Source: Synechococcus sp. (GTDB lineage Bacteria; Cyanobacteriota; Cyanobacteriia; PCC-6307; Cyanobiaceae). From it: 64,000 nt of DNA. The translations under genes were made by a program, and so were the position numbers. Position 1 is the stretch's first letter; every line of letters begins with the position of its first letter. Shown piece after piece: positions 1 to 10,610 of the stretch. The DNA lies in assembly GCA_047285535.1 (NCBI GenBank), contig JBJBDC010000001.1, positions 256,136 through 320,135 of the forward strand. Direction: 5' to 3'. The notes beneath the pieces were generated by a model. The model had not been told where the DNA came from, did not search any database, and saw only the letters and a program-made list of their open reading frames with translations.

Positions 1-2
1 AT

Positions 3-344
3 GGTTTACAACGCGTCGCGTCTCTACTGGAGCATCCACGTTTCGACCCAATGGCACCCAATGCAGTGCGTGCGGTGTTGGGGGGATTGGCTGGCAATCC
101 TTTGGTTTTTCACGCAGAAGATGGAAGTGGCTATCGATTTATGGCTGAACAAATTATTGCGTTGGATCAGCGTAATGCGATTACAGCCTCGAGACTGGCC
201 AAGGTGTTTAGCCGTTGGGGTATCTACAACAGCAAACGCAAAGCCCTTGTGAAAGCTGCTCTGGAAGAACTCTCCGCTGCGCAGCTTTCGTCCAACACCC
301 GTGAGGTTGTTGAGATGATGTTGGGAAAATCTGTGGATGATTAA
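3..344 (+). CDS. pepN: Aminopeptidase N, C-terminal fragment (gene starts before the window)
   Basis: Frame open from the window edge: LLEHPRFDPMAPNAVRAVLGGLAGN...GSGYRFMAEQIIALDQRNAITASRL, typical of the PepN C-terminal domain. Confidence 0.9.
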   Translation, partial: GLQRVASLLEHPRFDPMAPNAVRAVLGGLAGNPLVFHAEDGSGYRFMAEQIIALDQRNAITASRLAKVFSRWGIYNSKRKALVKAALEELSAAQLSSNTREVVEMMLGKSVDD

Positions 345-416
345 ATCAAGAATGAGAATATCTCAGAGAGAAAGTGAGTGAAACTGTCTCTCATTGCAGT
401 TGCAATTACTTAATGA

Positions 417-1679
417 TTAGTTCCTGGATCCCATGTTGATAAATGCTTCTTTTCGATATCGAGAACCTTCTGATCCTGAATGCTTGCCCCATAGTCCCTC
501 CCAATAAAAATAAATGACTCCATAACCTCGTTCATTGGCCAGTTGTACTTTTTCCTTTAGTACCGCCATGGATGTTGTTCGTTTTCCAAAGCCAGCCAGC
601 ACACCAATTTGAATGGGAATTCCCCATTCGCGAGCCTTACGCAGCGCTGGCTGGTCTAGATCTTTTGCATACCCACGGAGGGAATAGGCATAGTTTTGAA
701 CGACCAAATCATCGATCAGCTGCCCAACGGCCCAAAGCTCCCAATCTTGAAGCCAGTGGTTGTAAGCAAACCGAAATGGTCCTGGAGATAAGCTAATCCG
801 TACGGGTAGCGATTCTTTTTTGAGACGCGTCCGAAGTTCTCGGAGGAGACCTGTGAGTTTGCGTCGACGCCAGGTCATCCAATAGCGATTGGTGTGGTCT
901 CGGGGTGGTTCGAAGCCAGTTTCGGCAGCGTATAGAGCTGAGGTGTAGGTGTCGTAACCCAACTCCACAGGCCATGCGAAATGGTCGTCGAGTTGTAGGC
1001 CGTCCATCCGGCAGCGTTTCATCACTTCCACAACAAGGCCAATGAAGCGCTCGCGCACCTGAGGGTGCGCGGGATTGAGCCAGACCATCTCTTTACCGTG
1101 CATCTTGATCACCGAGTCACCGTTTCGGCGAGACAACACCCATTCCGGATGCTGCTGAACCACAGCGGCATCAGCAGGCTCCATTAATCCGTACTCAAAC
1201 CAGGGAACTACCTTCATCCCGCGTTTGTGAGCTTCTTGACTCAGCGTGCAAATTGGATCCAGCTGAACACCAGCTTTTTTTAGGGCTGGCTCCAACGGAG
1301 CAACTTCACTGGTGTGAAATGTTGTTCCACGACTCCACACATTTGGATACAGCACGGAGAATCCTGCTTGTTCAAGCTCATCTACCGCTTTGATTAGTTT
1401 CTTTCTGTCGTAATATAAAGGGCTGGGACTGTTAGTCAGCCAGACACCCAGCACGAGTTTTCTCTGAACATTGGGTAAGCGGCTTTTGCTCAGGAGCACC
1501 TTTGTGTGCTTGGAATGGGTGTTTTGACGATTGTCTATCTTATAGACTCCCTTACCTGATGCCGCTGCAGGTGTGATGAGCATACTAAAAGGTAAAATTA
1601 ATGACCATAAGCGATGATTTACGTGAGCAAATGGTGTCCGAATGGAGTTGGTCGTTGATAAAGTATTAACCCTTGCCAT
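417..1679 (-). CDS. Glycoside hydrolase family 10-like (DUF187/GHL10) protein
   Basis: GVWLTN, YPNVWSRG, PWFEYG, WLNPAHPQVR, DGLQLDDHF and QDWELW motifs; true start may be downstream. Confidence 0.85.
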   Translation of the reverse strand: MARVNTLSTTNSIRTPFAHVNHRLWSLILPFSMLITPAAASGKGVYKIDNRQNTHSKHTKVLLSKSRLPNVQRKLVLGVWLTNSPSPLYYDRKKLIKAVDELEQAGFSVLYPNVWSRGTTFHTSEVAPLEPALKKAGVQLDPICTLSQEAHKRGMKVVPWFEYGLMEPADAAVVQQHPEWVLSRRNGDSVIKMHGKEMVWLNPAHPQVRERFIGLVVEVMKRCRMDGLQLDDHFAWPVELGYDTYTSALYAAETGFEPPRDHTNRYWMTWRRRKLTGLLRELRTRLKKESLPVRISLSPGPFRFAYNHWLQDWELWAVGQLIDDLVVQNYAYSLRGYAKDLDQPALRKAREWGIPIQIGVLAGFGKRTTSMAVLKEKVQLANERGYGVIYFYWEGLWGKHSGSEGSRYRKEAFINMGSRN

Positions 1680-1809
1680 GATTTGTCTTTGAGATTCAGT
1701 TGCAGGGGATATTGATCATCATTCTTTTGTCCCTGCTGATTGAGTCTTGTGGATTGATGTTAGCAAACGAATGAGAAAAGCCAGTGCGAAAAACAGAGGC
1801 CCTGGCTCC

Positions 1810-1847
1810 AGGGATAGCGTCAAGGATCCCATCACCACGCTATCCCT
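1810..1847. repeat. 11-bp inverted repeat (AGGGATAGCGT / ACGCTATCCCT), possible hairpin at the left edge of the variable region
   Basis: Direct sequence read; 16-nt spacer. Confidence 0.55.
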
Positions 1848-2731
1848 AGGGTGCTATTAATACCACGTATCATCAGCACCTCGCTAATGCCATGCGTTTT
1901 TGATGACATTTCACGGCTGTAGAGACTGGCGTTCCTTTCATGAGTGCTCAGGTTAAAAAGCAAGTCACGATGACTTCCGACTTGTTAAATCCAACGCTTG
2001 AGCCAAGAATGCTTAGGCCAAGACAGAGAGGTCAACGCTGAATTGCCAACAGCGATGACGTTCCGATCGATCAGTCAGCTGTCGAACACCCGCTCCTTCT
2101 GGAAAGCTGATAGCGACTAGATAACCTGCCTGAGCTATTCCGAAGGTCATAAGACCTTGATGGAAGTCATTAGAGGGCAATCAGTGCATGTCCTCCACTG
2201 TCCGCGTTTAAGAACTCAGGTTTTGCTACTTTGCGAATCATGATCTTCATCCTCAGTGCTAGAGGTTACGACTTTAGGTGTGAGATGCAGGCAGAGTTTG
2301 GCTTGGGAAAGCTAATGAGCAAGGCAGATAAGGCGCTGACGGAGTCGATGGTGATGTCGTGATCTGGTATGGATTGGTAGCCAAAGACAGAAGATCAGTA
2401 CAAGAAAAATAGGCAAATGCAAGACTCAGACCTAGTCAAATACCGTTCAAACTTTGATCAACAACCTTCTGTCTTTCATCTTCGTATTTGCATGATTTCA
2501 GGCATGGGTTTTTTTGTTCCAATGATTTTGGTGCGAAAATACAGGCGACCTTGGATGGATGGGGACGGAGACGTAACGCTATGTGAGCGACAGTGAGGTA
2601 GATTTGTTTTCCAGGGAACTAAACCCTAGCTTGATTGTATTCTTCAGAATTAATTTTTGGGGTGCAATGTTCTTGATTTTGGCAAGCTGACCAGGGAAAA
2701 GTCATCTGGTTCCCTTTGATTGAATCAGCCT

Positions 2732-3160
2732 TCAGAGCAATCCCGGTATTCTGCGCGTGATGCTTTCCCATAAGCCTGGCTTACGGTTCATCTCATTCGT
2801 TGCCTCAACACGAGCTGACAAGATTTCTTCCTCGCTGAGCATGAGGGCATCACACAGTTGGTCAAATGCGTTCTGTTCCTGAGCGTTCACTGCAAATTGA
2901 TAGACGTCGCGAGAAGAAGCAATCACCATGAACGCCATGGTGGCAGTCGTGAGCCGATAGTCGTAAGGAATCTCTTTCGCTAGCGTGACAATGTCTTGAG
3001 GAGAAGTAAGAGCATCTGCCCATGATGGGATTTGGTTTTTTTCGACAAAAATTCTGCTCGCTCTCTCCAACACTGCTAATTCCTCTTCTGCAACATGGCC
3101 ATCGGCCTGGGCCATGAGTCTCAGTATTTTGATCAATGTACAGGCCGTTTCAAAATCCAA
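2732..3160 (-). CDS. TerB-like (tellurite resistance) domain protein
   Basis: MAQADGHVAEEELAVL motif and a second ...VNAQEQNAFDQLCDAL half, typical of TerB-like helical domains. Confidence 0.7.
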   Translation of the reverse strand: MDFETACTLIKILRLMAQADGHVAEEELAVLERASRIFVEKNQIPSWADALTSPQDIVTLAKEIPYDYRLTTATMAFMVIASSRDVYQFAVNAQEQNAFDQLCDALMLSEEEILSARVEATNEMNRKPGLWESITRRIPGLL

Positions 3161-4630
3161 GGCTTTGCACCCTAATGTTTGTCATGATTCTGATCTTGAA
3201 TGATCTTAAAGTCCAATGAGGTGAGGCAAGGCTGTGATCTAACGCATCACCTTAGGGGGTTTAAGCATGAGACCTAGAAAGTCAAACTTATCCAGTGGTT
3301 GATGCAAAACATTAAGTCCCTGTAGGATCATTTGGCCAATAGAATCGGTGATGGGATCAGGGTGTGTCTTTAGAGGCAGAGTCTTGTCTTGTGGGCAATG
3401 ATCGATTGATCCAGCCTTTCCTGTGAACTCCTTTGATGTTGCAGCGATTCACTGAACTCTAAGTCCTTGTCTATTGAATAGGGTTACAGGACAGGGTGGA
3501 GTCTTAATCTGCAGTCATCAAGGCTGTTGCTCTAGAACTAAATTCACACAGTCGGTCAGTCACGCTTTTGAATTCTTCAAGCTCCAGCTTGAAATGGTCT
3601 TGATCATCCTTTCTCGTCTGGAAGCCCTTTAGGTTGTTCTTTCCATAACCCTTTCGGCTGGATGTCCAGAAGATCTTCACTCTGTGCCTCTAGCGTCTGT
3701 GCTTACAAGGGTCATGACAACCGAGCATCTGACCCTAGGGAATTGATGATTTATACCACAGTTATCGGAGAAGTCCTCCTTATCGGCTCCTTTGCAACCC
3801 CAAGTATGGCCTAGATCTTCTTGGACAAATGCACGCTGATCAGGGATGAAACCAATAACGTTAAAACTTTCTCCTGCAACTTCCATCAGACTTTTGGCAA
3901 TGTCCAGGTCTGAAGAACAATTGGGAGATCTTTTTTCTTGCAAAGAATCAAGGAGCTGAATTGATCCGTGTCAACAATGTAGGCTGCATCACTTTCACTA
4001 AAACTGGCCAATATAACCTGGTCGTTGATCATTGATCAACCAAGAGTGTTTCGCATCACGATCAGCAAAGCAGGACTGTGCCTTTGAGTTCGGACAGCAT
4101 TCGCTCTGGTCAGTGAACAATGATTTCCTGCATCTATTCCTTGCACAGCAAATGGAAGTGAGTCATTGAAGGTAACGGTTCCGAAGCCATGCCAAGCATC
4201 TCTTTGTATGTGGATGTGAAACACCTCAAGTGTGTTGTCTCTGATGCTGAGGAAGGCAAGACGTATCAGCGAGAGAGAAGCAAGAGCTGAATCGTTTCGC
4301 TTGTCGCTGGAGCTATACCTTGAACGGAATTTTTTGGGTTGTCATGTTTAGATTAAAAGTATTCTTGCAGTTAGTGATCATCAGTGCCGATCCAGAGGTG
4401 TCTGAAGTGGCTTGGACGACTTAGGATACAACCGGGAATCAGTTGATTTCCCTGTGCTGGAATTGAACAAACAGTGAGCCGATGTACACATCAGTTAGAT
4501 CAAACATAGGTGATACCTTTGCATCTCACATATCCCTTCAGGATGGATACATGGAGTGCCGAATTCGTCGGCTTTTTGAATAACTCTAGAATCAAACATG
4601 TGAAAGATTGATTGGTTGATATAGCTTCCT

Positions 4631-4861
4631 TCAGTTTATTATTTGGTTTAAAATATCACGGATCAAGTCCTGCTCAATCTCAATTTCTTCTTTGCTCATG
4701 AAGCCATCTTTTGTTCTGGCACCCTCTAGATTAGCCATTCTTTTTATGCAAAATTTTACGAGCTCTGGCGATTGTTTTGTCAAGCTTGTCAGTAAATTGA
4801 ACATGACTTGTCTTTCAAGTCGTTGCCTCTTTTCGTAATTTGTCTCTCCAAATAAACCCAT
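4631..4861 (-). CDS. Small hypothetical protein (76 aa)
   Basis: ATG start, protein-like helical composition, 12 bp downstream of the 4874-5026 ORF. Confidence 0.6.
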   Translation of the reverse strand: MGLFGETNYEKRQRLERQVMFNLLTSLTKQSPELVKFCIKRMANLEGARTKDGFMSKEEIEIEQDLIRDILNQIIN

Positions 4862-4873
4862 AGTCTTAAATGG

Positions 4874-5026
4874 TTAGCTGTTGTCTTTGGCCTTATAAGT
4901 TTTGCTCGCCTCGTGGATGTAATAAATGGCATCCTTTCTTGATGTCGTTTGTTCGGCGAGTTCAATTAGTTCTTCGTAGGAGACTGATTTTCCGTTGTAA
5001 TTGATTTTAGTCGTTGGTTTCATCAT
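4874..5026 (-). CDS. Small hypothetical protein (50 aa), not in the ORF track
   Basis: MMKPTTKINYNGKSVSYEELIELAEQTTSRKDAIYYIHEASKTYKAKDNS*; operon-like spacing to the next ORF. Confidence 0.55.
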   Translation of the reverse strand: MMKPTTKINYNGKSVSYEELIELAEQTTSRKDAIYYIHEASKTYKAKDNS

Positions 5027-5658
5027 GGTTTCATCTGTTCTCGTCAAGAACCAGCATCAGAGTGAAGGGAGGTGGTGGCTGTGTCGCAAGACAAACCAAT
5101 ATTGCGAAGACCTTTAGCATGTTCTTGTGGTTGAGGTTTTAATATGAATTATTTTAAGATGATTATTGTGTTGTGGTGAATGCTACATGCTCCTTTTGTA
5201 GCTTCAGCTACGAATTAGGGATTTTTTTGTTTCCCAATGGATTAAGTTGTGACTCCTCAGTTGTTTTGTTGCCGTTAAACCTTGTCTCTTTGTCTCTGTG
5301 CGTCATTGATTCCCGATATTCTCGCTGGCTCTTCGGCCCTTTTCATGGGCTTCTGAGCATAATTTTTTGCTTTTAGATTAACCCTTCCCTCGGCCTACAC
5401 TCATGATCTCGAAACTCAATGATTTTGTTTTGCTCATCTATGGCCTAAAGGGTCTGGTTGTTTTTGATTGATCTATTAAATTCTCTATTGCGCTCTCGTG
5501 ATAAAACGAAGTCCTGATATAGAAACACCTTCTCCGCCTTATGAGGACTGGGACAATGGTTGAGTTGGAGTGAACGAGTCATATTCCTCCATATCCCAGT
5601 GATTATGCTAAATCATTCGTTCTAATGCACCTATGTGTGGCCTTGTGCATTGGACAAA

Positions 5659-5856
5659 ATGAGTCCCAAAACTCAGCTTCCCATCAATTCTCTGGCAGTC
5701 GCACTCTTGGCAATGGCTGTGATTTTTCTAGCGATTAAGGAGCCGCGTTGCGATTGCAACAGTGGTTCAGCATCAGCGGGAACTCCAACTCCACAGCAAC
5801 CCTCTCCACCCGTGAGGTCGAGAACTCAGATCCAACGGGAATTAGGGAAGTTTTGA
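5659..5856 (+). CDS. Small membrane-anchored protein with CxC and Pro-rich tail
   Basis: MSPKTQLPINSLAVALLAMAVIFLAIKEPRCDC...; single hydrophobic helix. Confidence 0.6.
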   Translation: MSPKTQLPINSLAVALLAMAVIFLAIKEPRCDCNSGSASAGTPTPQQPSPPVRSRTQIQRELGKF

Positions 5857-6244
5857 TCTCACGTCAAAAGTTCCTGCTAGTGCGAGGAATGTCTTAATCA
5901 GTTTCGGTGAGCTGAAGGAGCTTTCAGGTCGACCAAGCAGAGTCTTGATCAGACATGGTGACGGTCGTCACACTGTTCATGCCACAGCTCAGGTTGAATT
6001 TCTCGCACCTGTTGACAAGCCAATCAATATAAACATAAAACAACAAATCAAGCTTAACAACGGTTGCGCACCACAGCAAGCACAAAATTCAATGTTGAAC
6101 AAGAGAATATTAAAAAGTTAATTTAAAGGTAAATGCTTAATCGCACGAACCATCTTCTCTTTTTAGTAACAGGAAACTAAGAGAAGTAGATCTGGAAGTT
6201 ACAGTAATGTCTTTTCCCTTCCCATTAAAGCCTTGAGTTGTAGA

Positions 6245-6391
6245 TTAGCAGTAATATCGATTGATAAAGTGTATCTCGGGTAAGTCAAGAGAACCGCTAT
6301 GGTGATGACTATCGTCACCATGGCCTTTCGCCAAGCTCGAACAAGGTGCCAACAGCAATAGAACAGGAAGGAGAAGTAATGTCTTTTTCAT
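6245..6391 (-). CDS. Small secreted His-rich peptide (48 aa)
   Basis: Signal peptide MKKTLLLLPVLLLLAPCSSLA, then KGHGDDSHHHSGSLDLPEIHFINRYYC. Confidence 0.5.
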   Translation of the reverse strand: MKKTLLLLPVLLLLAPCSSLAKGHGDDSHHHSGSLDLPEIHFINRYYC

Positions 6392-6431
6392 GGCAGAAGT
6401 AATGTGCTTTTCTTGGCAGAACCATACCGTC

Positions 6432-6626
6432 TTATACATGGGAAGCAAGGGATGTGGAGAAACGATGACAACTTGGGCGAGTGACTAGGTGCGTCTCCTG
6501 ACACGCTTCTAATGCTTGCCTTGCTGATGGATACCTCCCCCATCCAACCAATACAAATGCAAAGAGTATGGAGAAAAGAATGAATGATTTTCTCAGTTCA
6601 GAACTATACCGTCTTTTATATGACAA
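6432..6626 (-). CDS. Possible small membrane protein (may be degraded)
   Basis: Hydrophobic stretch FILFSILFAFVLVGW followed by RYPSARQALEAC. Confidence 0.35.
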   Translation of the reverse strand: MSYKRRYSSELRKSFILFSILFAFVLVGWGRYPSARQALEACQETHLVTRPSCHRFSTSLASHV

Positions 6627-6792
6627 GCAATAGACAACGACAACGGATAAGCTGACAACATCAACTCAGATGTTACTTTGTATCTTTCAAGATAAAAGGT
6701 CGCCGCAAAGGCTTCAACTTCAGTAAGGCGGCTCAAGAAAAAAGACCAGAGGTTTAAGAGTGAACTCGGAGCGAACTCGCTTCGCTCATTCT

Positions 6793-6975
6793 TCACTCGT
6801 TCGACCGGCCTATATGGTTATTTGAATTCTGCAAGTTGAGAGCGGTGTCAAGCATCTGTTTTGCAGATGTCAATGGTGTTTGGGGAGCTTTGGCAATGCC
6901 ATTGCGTCGAGCATTAATCTCAGCGTCCTGTTGGTCAGCTTTGCGGTCTAGCTGGCGTTGAGTAAAGTTGTTCAT
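6793..6975 (-). CDS. Small hypothetical protein (60 aa)
   Basis: ATG start, hydrophilic helical sequence MNNFTQRQLDRKADQQDAEINARRNG. Confidence 0.5.
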   Translation of the reverse strand: MNNFTQRQLDRKADQQDAEINARRNGIAKAPQTPLTSAKQMLDTALNLQNSNNHIGRSNE

Positions 6976-7503
6976 TGTTGACTAGTTGGTATAGAATTGA
7001 TAACTCAGGTGCTGCCCCTGAAGGTTTCGGATCCACCCTTTCCTACATCTGTCTCTGGATGTTATCGAGTTGGGTCAATGTTTTATTTCTATTGACCATA
7101 GATGAGTTCGTTGAGGTATTGGTAAAAGAATACTCACAAGAGTATTTCCACTGGAATACTAACTTGAACTACTCGTTATTTATTGACAAGAGTGAGTGTC
7201 AAAGTGTGCGTTTGGCACGCTCTTCAGTTGACCTTCCGGAAGACATACTCCACGTATCTTTCACAAGCATTTATTACATCTTCATTGGTGAGAACTTCTA
7301 CGTCTAAGACACGTTGAGGCTTAAGAATAATTCCTATACTAATGGTGTCTCTACTCGCGATAATATCGGCGAATACCAGTCCAGACATACCAAATCGATT
7401 ATCTAGAGAATTAATATCAGGTGTAGCTACAGAAACACCTGTTTGTGTTTTTTGTCTGGAAATAGGCTGCGGCGTAGAGCCATGCTGGCTCAGAACCGTT
7501 CAT

Positions 7504-7704
7504 ATGCCAGCTCAGGTTTTCTACGATGATCGCGAACTCGCTCGAGATGAAGCCCTCCGTTGCAATGCCCCTCTTCAGTGGGGTTGGATCAGGCGTCTCA
7601 GCGCCCGTGAGATCTATGAAATGTCATGTTCAGTCGTGCCGCAAAACGACCTTTCACTCCAAGCCAGAGAATCTCAATGGGTCACTACTTTCGACTCTGA
7701 ATAA
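7504..7704 (+). CDS. Small hypothetical protein (66 aa)
   Basis: MPAQVFYDDRELARDEALRCNAPLQWGWIRRL...; internal ATG of the track ORF 7342..7704. Confidence 0.5.
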   Translation: MPAQVFYDDRELARDEALRCNAPLQWGWIRRLSAREIYEMSCSVVPQNDLSLQARESQWVTTFDSE

Positions 7705-7756
7705 CGCTTTTAGCAACGAGAGAATCGGTAGATATTGAATTTTTTGTGACACAGAT

Positions 7757-7772
7757 TGTGAGTACGATCACA
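7757..7772. promoter_or_regulatory. Perfect CRP-family binding site TGTGA-GTACGA-TCACA
   Basis: Exact match to TGTGA-N6-TCACA; intergenic, just upstream of the metalloprotease. Confidence 0.65.
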
Positions 7773-7829
7773 TCTTAATTTGATTGCCATCAACACAAAA
7801 CATCGGGAATCAAGCCAAGGTGTTTATAG

Positions 7830-9680
7830 GTGGCTATTCACCACTTCTTTCACTCTGTCGCTCTAGAAAAAATGTCAAGATTACCAACTCTCGGGCAATT
7901 GATTTTAATTGACAGTTCGCGCCGGCGCTCCTCCATTGGTGAAATCAAAAAAAGAGATGTTTCTCTTGACATCACATTACCCAAGACAACTCAACAACCA
8001 GACGAGAAAACTGATCAATCGTTCTTTGATTCTAGCCAAAAACTTCAGACTTTTGTTGATTTAACGTTTACTTCTCCCACCTCTTCTAGCGCGTTTCCTC
8101 GATTGGAGATACAAGTCACTTCAGGAGATGGGTCTAGTGGAGCAGCTCATGGTTCAAATGTACCTGGTGAGGTGACAGCAGATGCCGATGAATCTTGGCA
8201 AGGCCCAGGGATAGACACTGTAAAAACGATATTTGAAGTTGCCGCCAAGATATTGCCTCCCAATGCTCAAATGTTTAAGTCCGATATAACCATTAAGTAT
8301 AATTTGACAGGAGGATTTTCGCATTGGAGTCATAATCCTGATGGTGCGCTGCAAATCCAGCATGATTTTGATGGCCTTAATGTCACGTCTCAAGTGCAGA
8401 AAGTAAGAGACGTCTTCAACTATCTTTCAAATGCTCTCAATATCAGCTTTGTTGAGGATAATAAATTCACCGACTTTGCGGATCTCGGCGATAGTAGTGT
8501 AAGTACATTCTCTCAATATAATGGATATATAAGTTTCGGTGACATCAGTCCTTACAGCTTTGCTTCAGTTAAGCATAGTAGTATTCAGGATTCTCGGTAT
8601 TCTATTATCAATCTTGGGGATGGTTCGTTGAACAATGATTTCAATACAATATTGCACGAGATTGGGCATGTAATAGGGCTTAGACATCCTGGCTCGTATA
8701 ATTACAATCCTAACGGTACAAGTATAACTTTTGAAGGCATGGCTGAATTTTATAATGATACTGATTTGCTGTCCGTGATGTCTTACTTTACTCCGAATAA
8801 TATGAGCTCTGTGCTTACTGACTATGAAAATCCGAATATTTTTGGGTCTCATATGAACCAAGCAACTTTGATGCCAGCTGACTACATTGCATTAAGAGCC
8901 AGGTATGGAGTTCAGCAGAATAGTATTGCTCATGGAGGCTTTAATGAGCAAAAGATCATCGGTGTTAATACTACGATCACACCTGAAGATTCTATTTGGA
9001 ACCAGGTCGAATCCTACATCACTGAAAATAGATATTTTTACACTCAAGTCGCGAATCACAATGAGGATACTGTTGATTTTAGTAATACGACTGAAGACCA
9101 AAAAATTGATCTTCGCGTCACTTCTGGTGATGATTACGATGCTTTTTGGTCGAACATTGGAGGTGGTGAAAAAAATCTTGCTTTTTCCGAAGTTTCGTGG
9201 TTCGAAATCGCCAAGTCGGGCGGTGGTGATGACATATTGATCGGCAACGAAGCCAATAATGCCTTATTTGGAAACGATGGAGACGATCATCTCACCGGCT
9301 GGGATGGCGATGATGATCTTGTAGGAGGTTGGGGAGATGATGAACTCTTTGGTGGCTTTGGCAATGATTTGTTGATCGCTGGTGAAGGGGATGATTTTTT
9401 GCACGACTCAACAGGAATCAATGAAATGTATGGTGGCTTGGGTAAGGATACCTTTTACTTGAAGCAAGGTTTAGGACATAACACTATTCACGATTTCAGT
9501 GGCATGGATGATCAAATTCAGCTTGGTGATGGAGCTGACGGTGTTTCAATTATCAATCATTTGGATGGCAGTTCACAAATTTACCAAAATGGAGATCTCT
9601 TGGGAATCGTTAATGGAAAATCTGCCGACACACTAGAAGTGAGTGGGACCTTTATTGTCGGAGTCAATGCTTATATGTGA
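7830..9680 (+). CDS. Serralysin-like M10B zinc metalloprotease with RTX Ca-binding repeats
   Basis: HEIGHVIGLRH (HExxHxxGxxH), Met-turn SVMSY, DTVDFS...IDL, multiple GGxGxD nonapeptides, no N-terminal signal; start may be ATG 7872 or later. Confidence 0.9.
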   Translation: MAIHHFFHSVALEKMSRLPTLGQLILIDSSRRRSSIGEIKKRDVSLDITLPKTTQQPDEKTDQSFFDSSQKLQTFVDLTFTSPTSSSAFPRLEIQVTSGDGSSGAAHGSNVPGEVTADADESWQGPGIDTVKTIFEVAAKILPPNAQMFKSDITIKYNLTGGFSHWSHNPDGALQIQHDFDGLNVTSQVQKVRDVFNYLSNALNISFVEDNKFTDFADLGDSSVSTFSQYNGYISFGDISPYSFASVKHSSIQDSRYSIINLGDGSLNNDFNTILHEIGHVIGLRHPGSYNYNPNGTSITFEGMAEFYNDTDLLSVMSYFTPNNMSSVLTDYENPNIFGSHMNQATLMPADYIALRARYGVQQNSIAHGGFNEQKIIGVNTTITPEDSIWNQVESYITENRYFYTQVANHNEDTVDFSNTTEDQKIDLRVTSGDDYDAFWSNIGGGEKNLAFSEVSWFEIAKSGGGDDILIGNEANNALFGNDGDDHLTGWDGDDDLVGGWGDDELFGGFGNDLLIAGEGDDFLHDSTGINEMYGGLGKDTFYLKQGLGHNTIHDFSGMDDQIQLGDGADGVSIINHLDGSSQIYQNGDLLGIVNGKSADTLEVSGTFIVGVNAYM

Positions 9681-10610
9681 GCTCGCTGCAGATTTTGCAT
9701 GAATTGTAGTTGAGTTTTATGGGGCATCTTGTGATCTTTTTTCTATTGGCTAGAGAGTGTCAGCAGTTTTGAAGTCTTTGAACCCTGGTGTTTGCAACCT
9801 CAGATATCCGCAACCTCAGCGGCTTGAGACTCGAATCAAGCTGGCCACAAGCTATGACGCGTTGGAGATTTTCAATGGAATGCTATGTGATATCCATGGA
9901 CAATGTTAATCGGATCTATAAGGTTCAGATCCACTAAAACTTGTTGTCATTGTTGGAAGAATGTTTACTGTGCTGCTATCGCAGATATCAATCGTAAGGA
10001 GTGTACTAATCGCAGTGTTCCCCCAAGTCAGGCCTCCATGCTGGTTAGGTAAGCTGCTTACAGAGTGCAGTTCTGAGGAAAATTTCTTTACTGCTCTTGA
10101 TGTATTTCCCCTCAGGACTAGAGGTGGCAGCACGCGCGAGTGAGGACAATCCAGACGATTCCGAGATGTTCCCCTAGGAGTTTGATTGGCTCAGAAATCG
10201 CCGTTGTAGTGACGGCTCACCTGCAGGCTCGTCCCTTTGCTCTGACTGCTGTTTGCTAAAGAAATATGTTCTGGATGCCTTGGTGGAAGCCCAATCAATT
10301 CAGCGGCAGTTAACGGTCTCAGATGGATAGGAGACAACCTCTTCCCACAGCTAATTTGAGAACCTGTTCACGACTGATCGCATGTCTCTGACTTGGCGCG
10401 AAGTCTACGCCAGCCACTCTGCAATTGGTATCCCACGACCTGTGCGCTTCCTTAATGATGCATCATGAGATGATTGTGGGACATGAATAGTTGGGTTTGA
10501 ATTTATAGTTTTGAGATAGTTGTTTACGATTCTCTTCCTGATGGATGAACACGTTGTTCTTTGATTGATATTGATCAAGCTATCATTGCTCTGACTTGCA
10601 TGATTGATTC

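Noticed and set aside
3233..3250. TGTGA half-site upstream of the TerB-like gene
   Set aside because: The second half does not match TCACA at N6 spacing
3500..4230. ORF fragments 3677..3943 and 4036..4224
   Set aside because: Possibly decayed genes, but no family motif could be assigned
6976..7060. Possible structured leader or riboswitch upstream of the 6793..6975 ORF
   Set aside because: Only short hairpins (TCAGG/CCTGA); no recognisable riboswitch consensus
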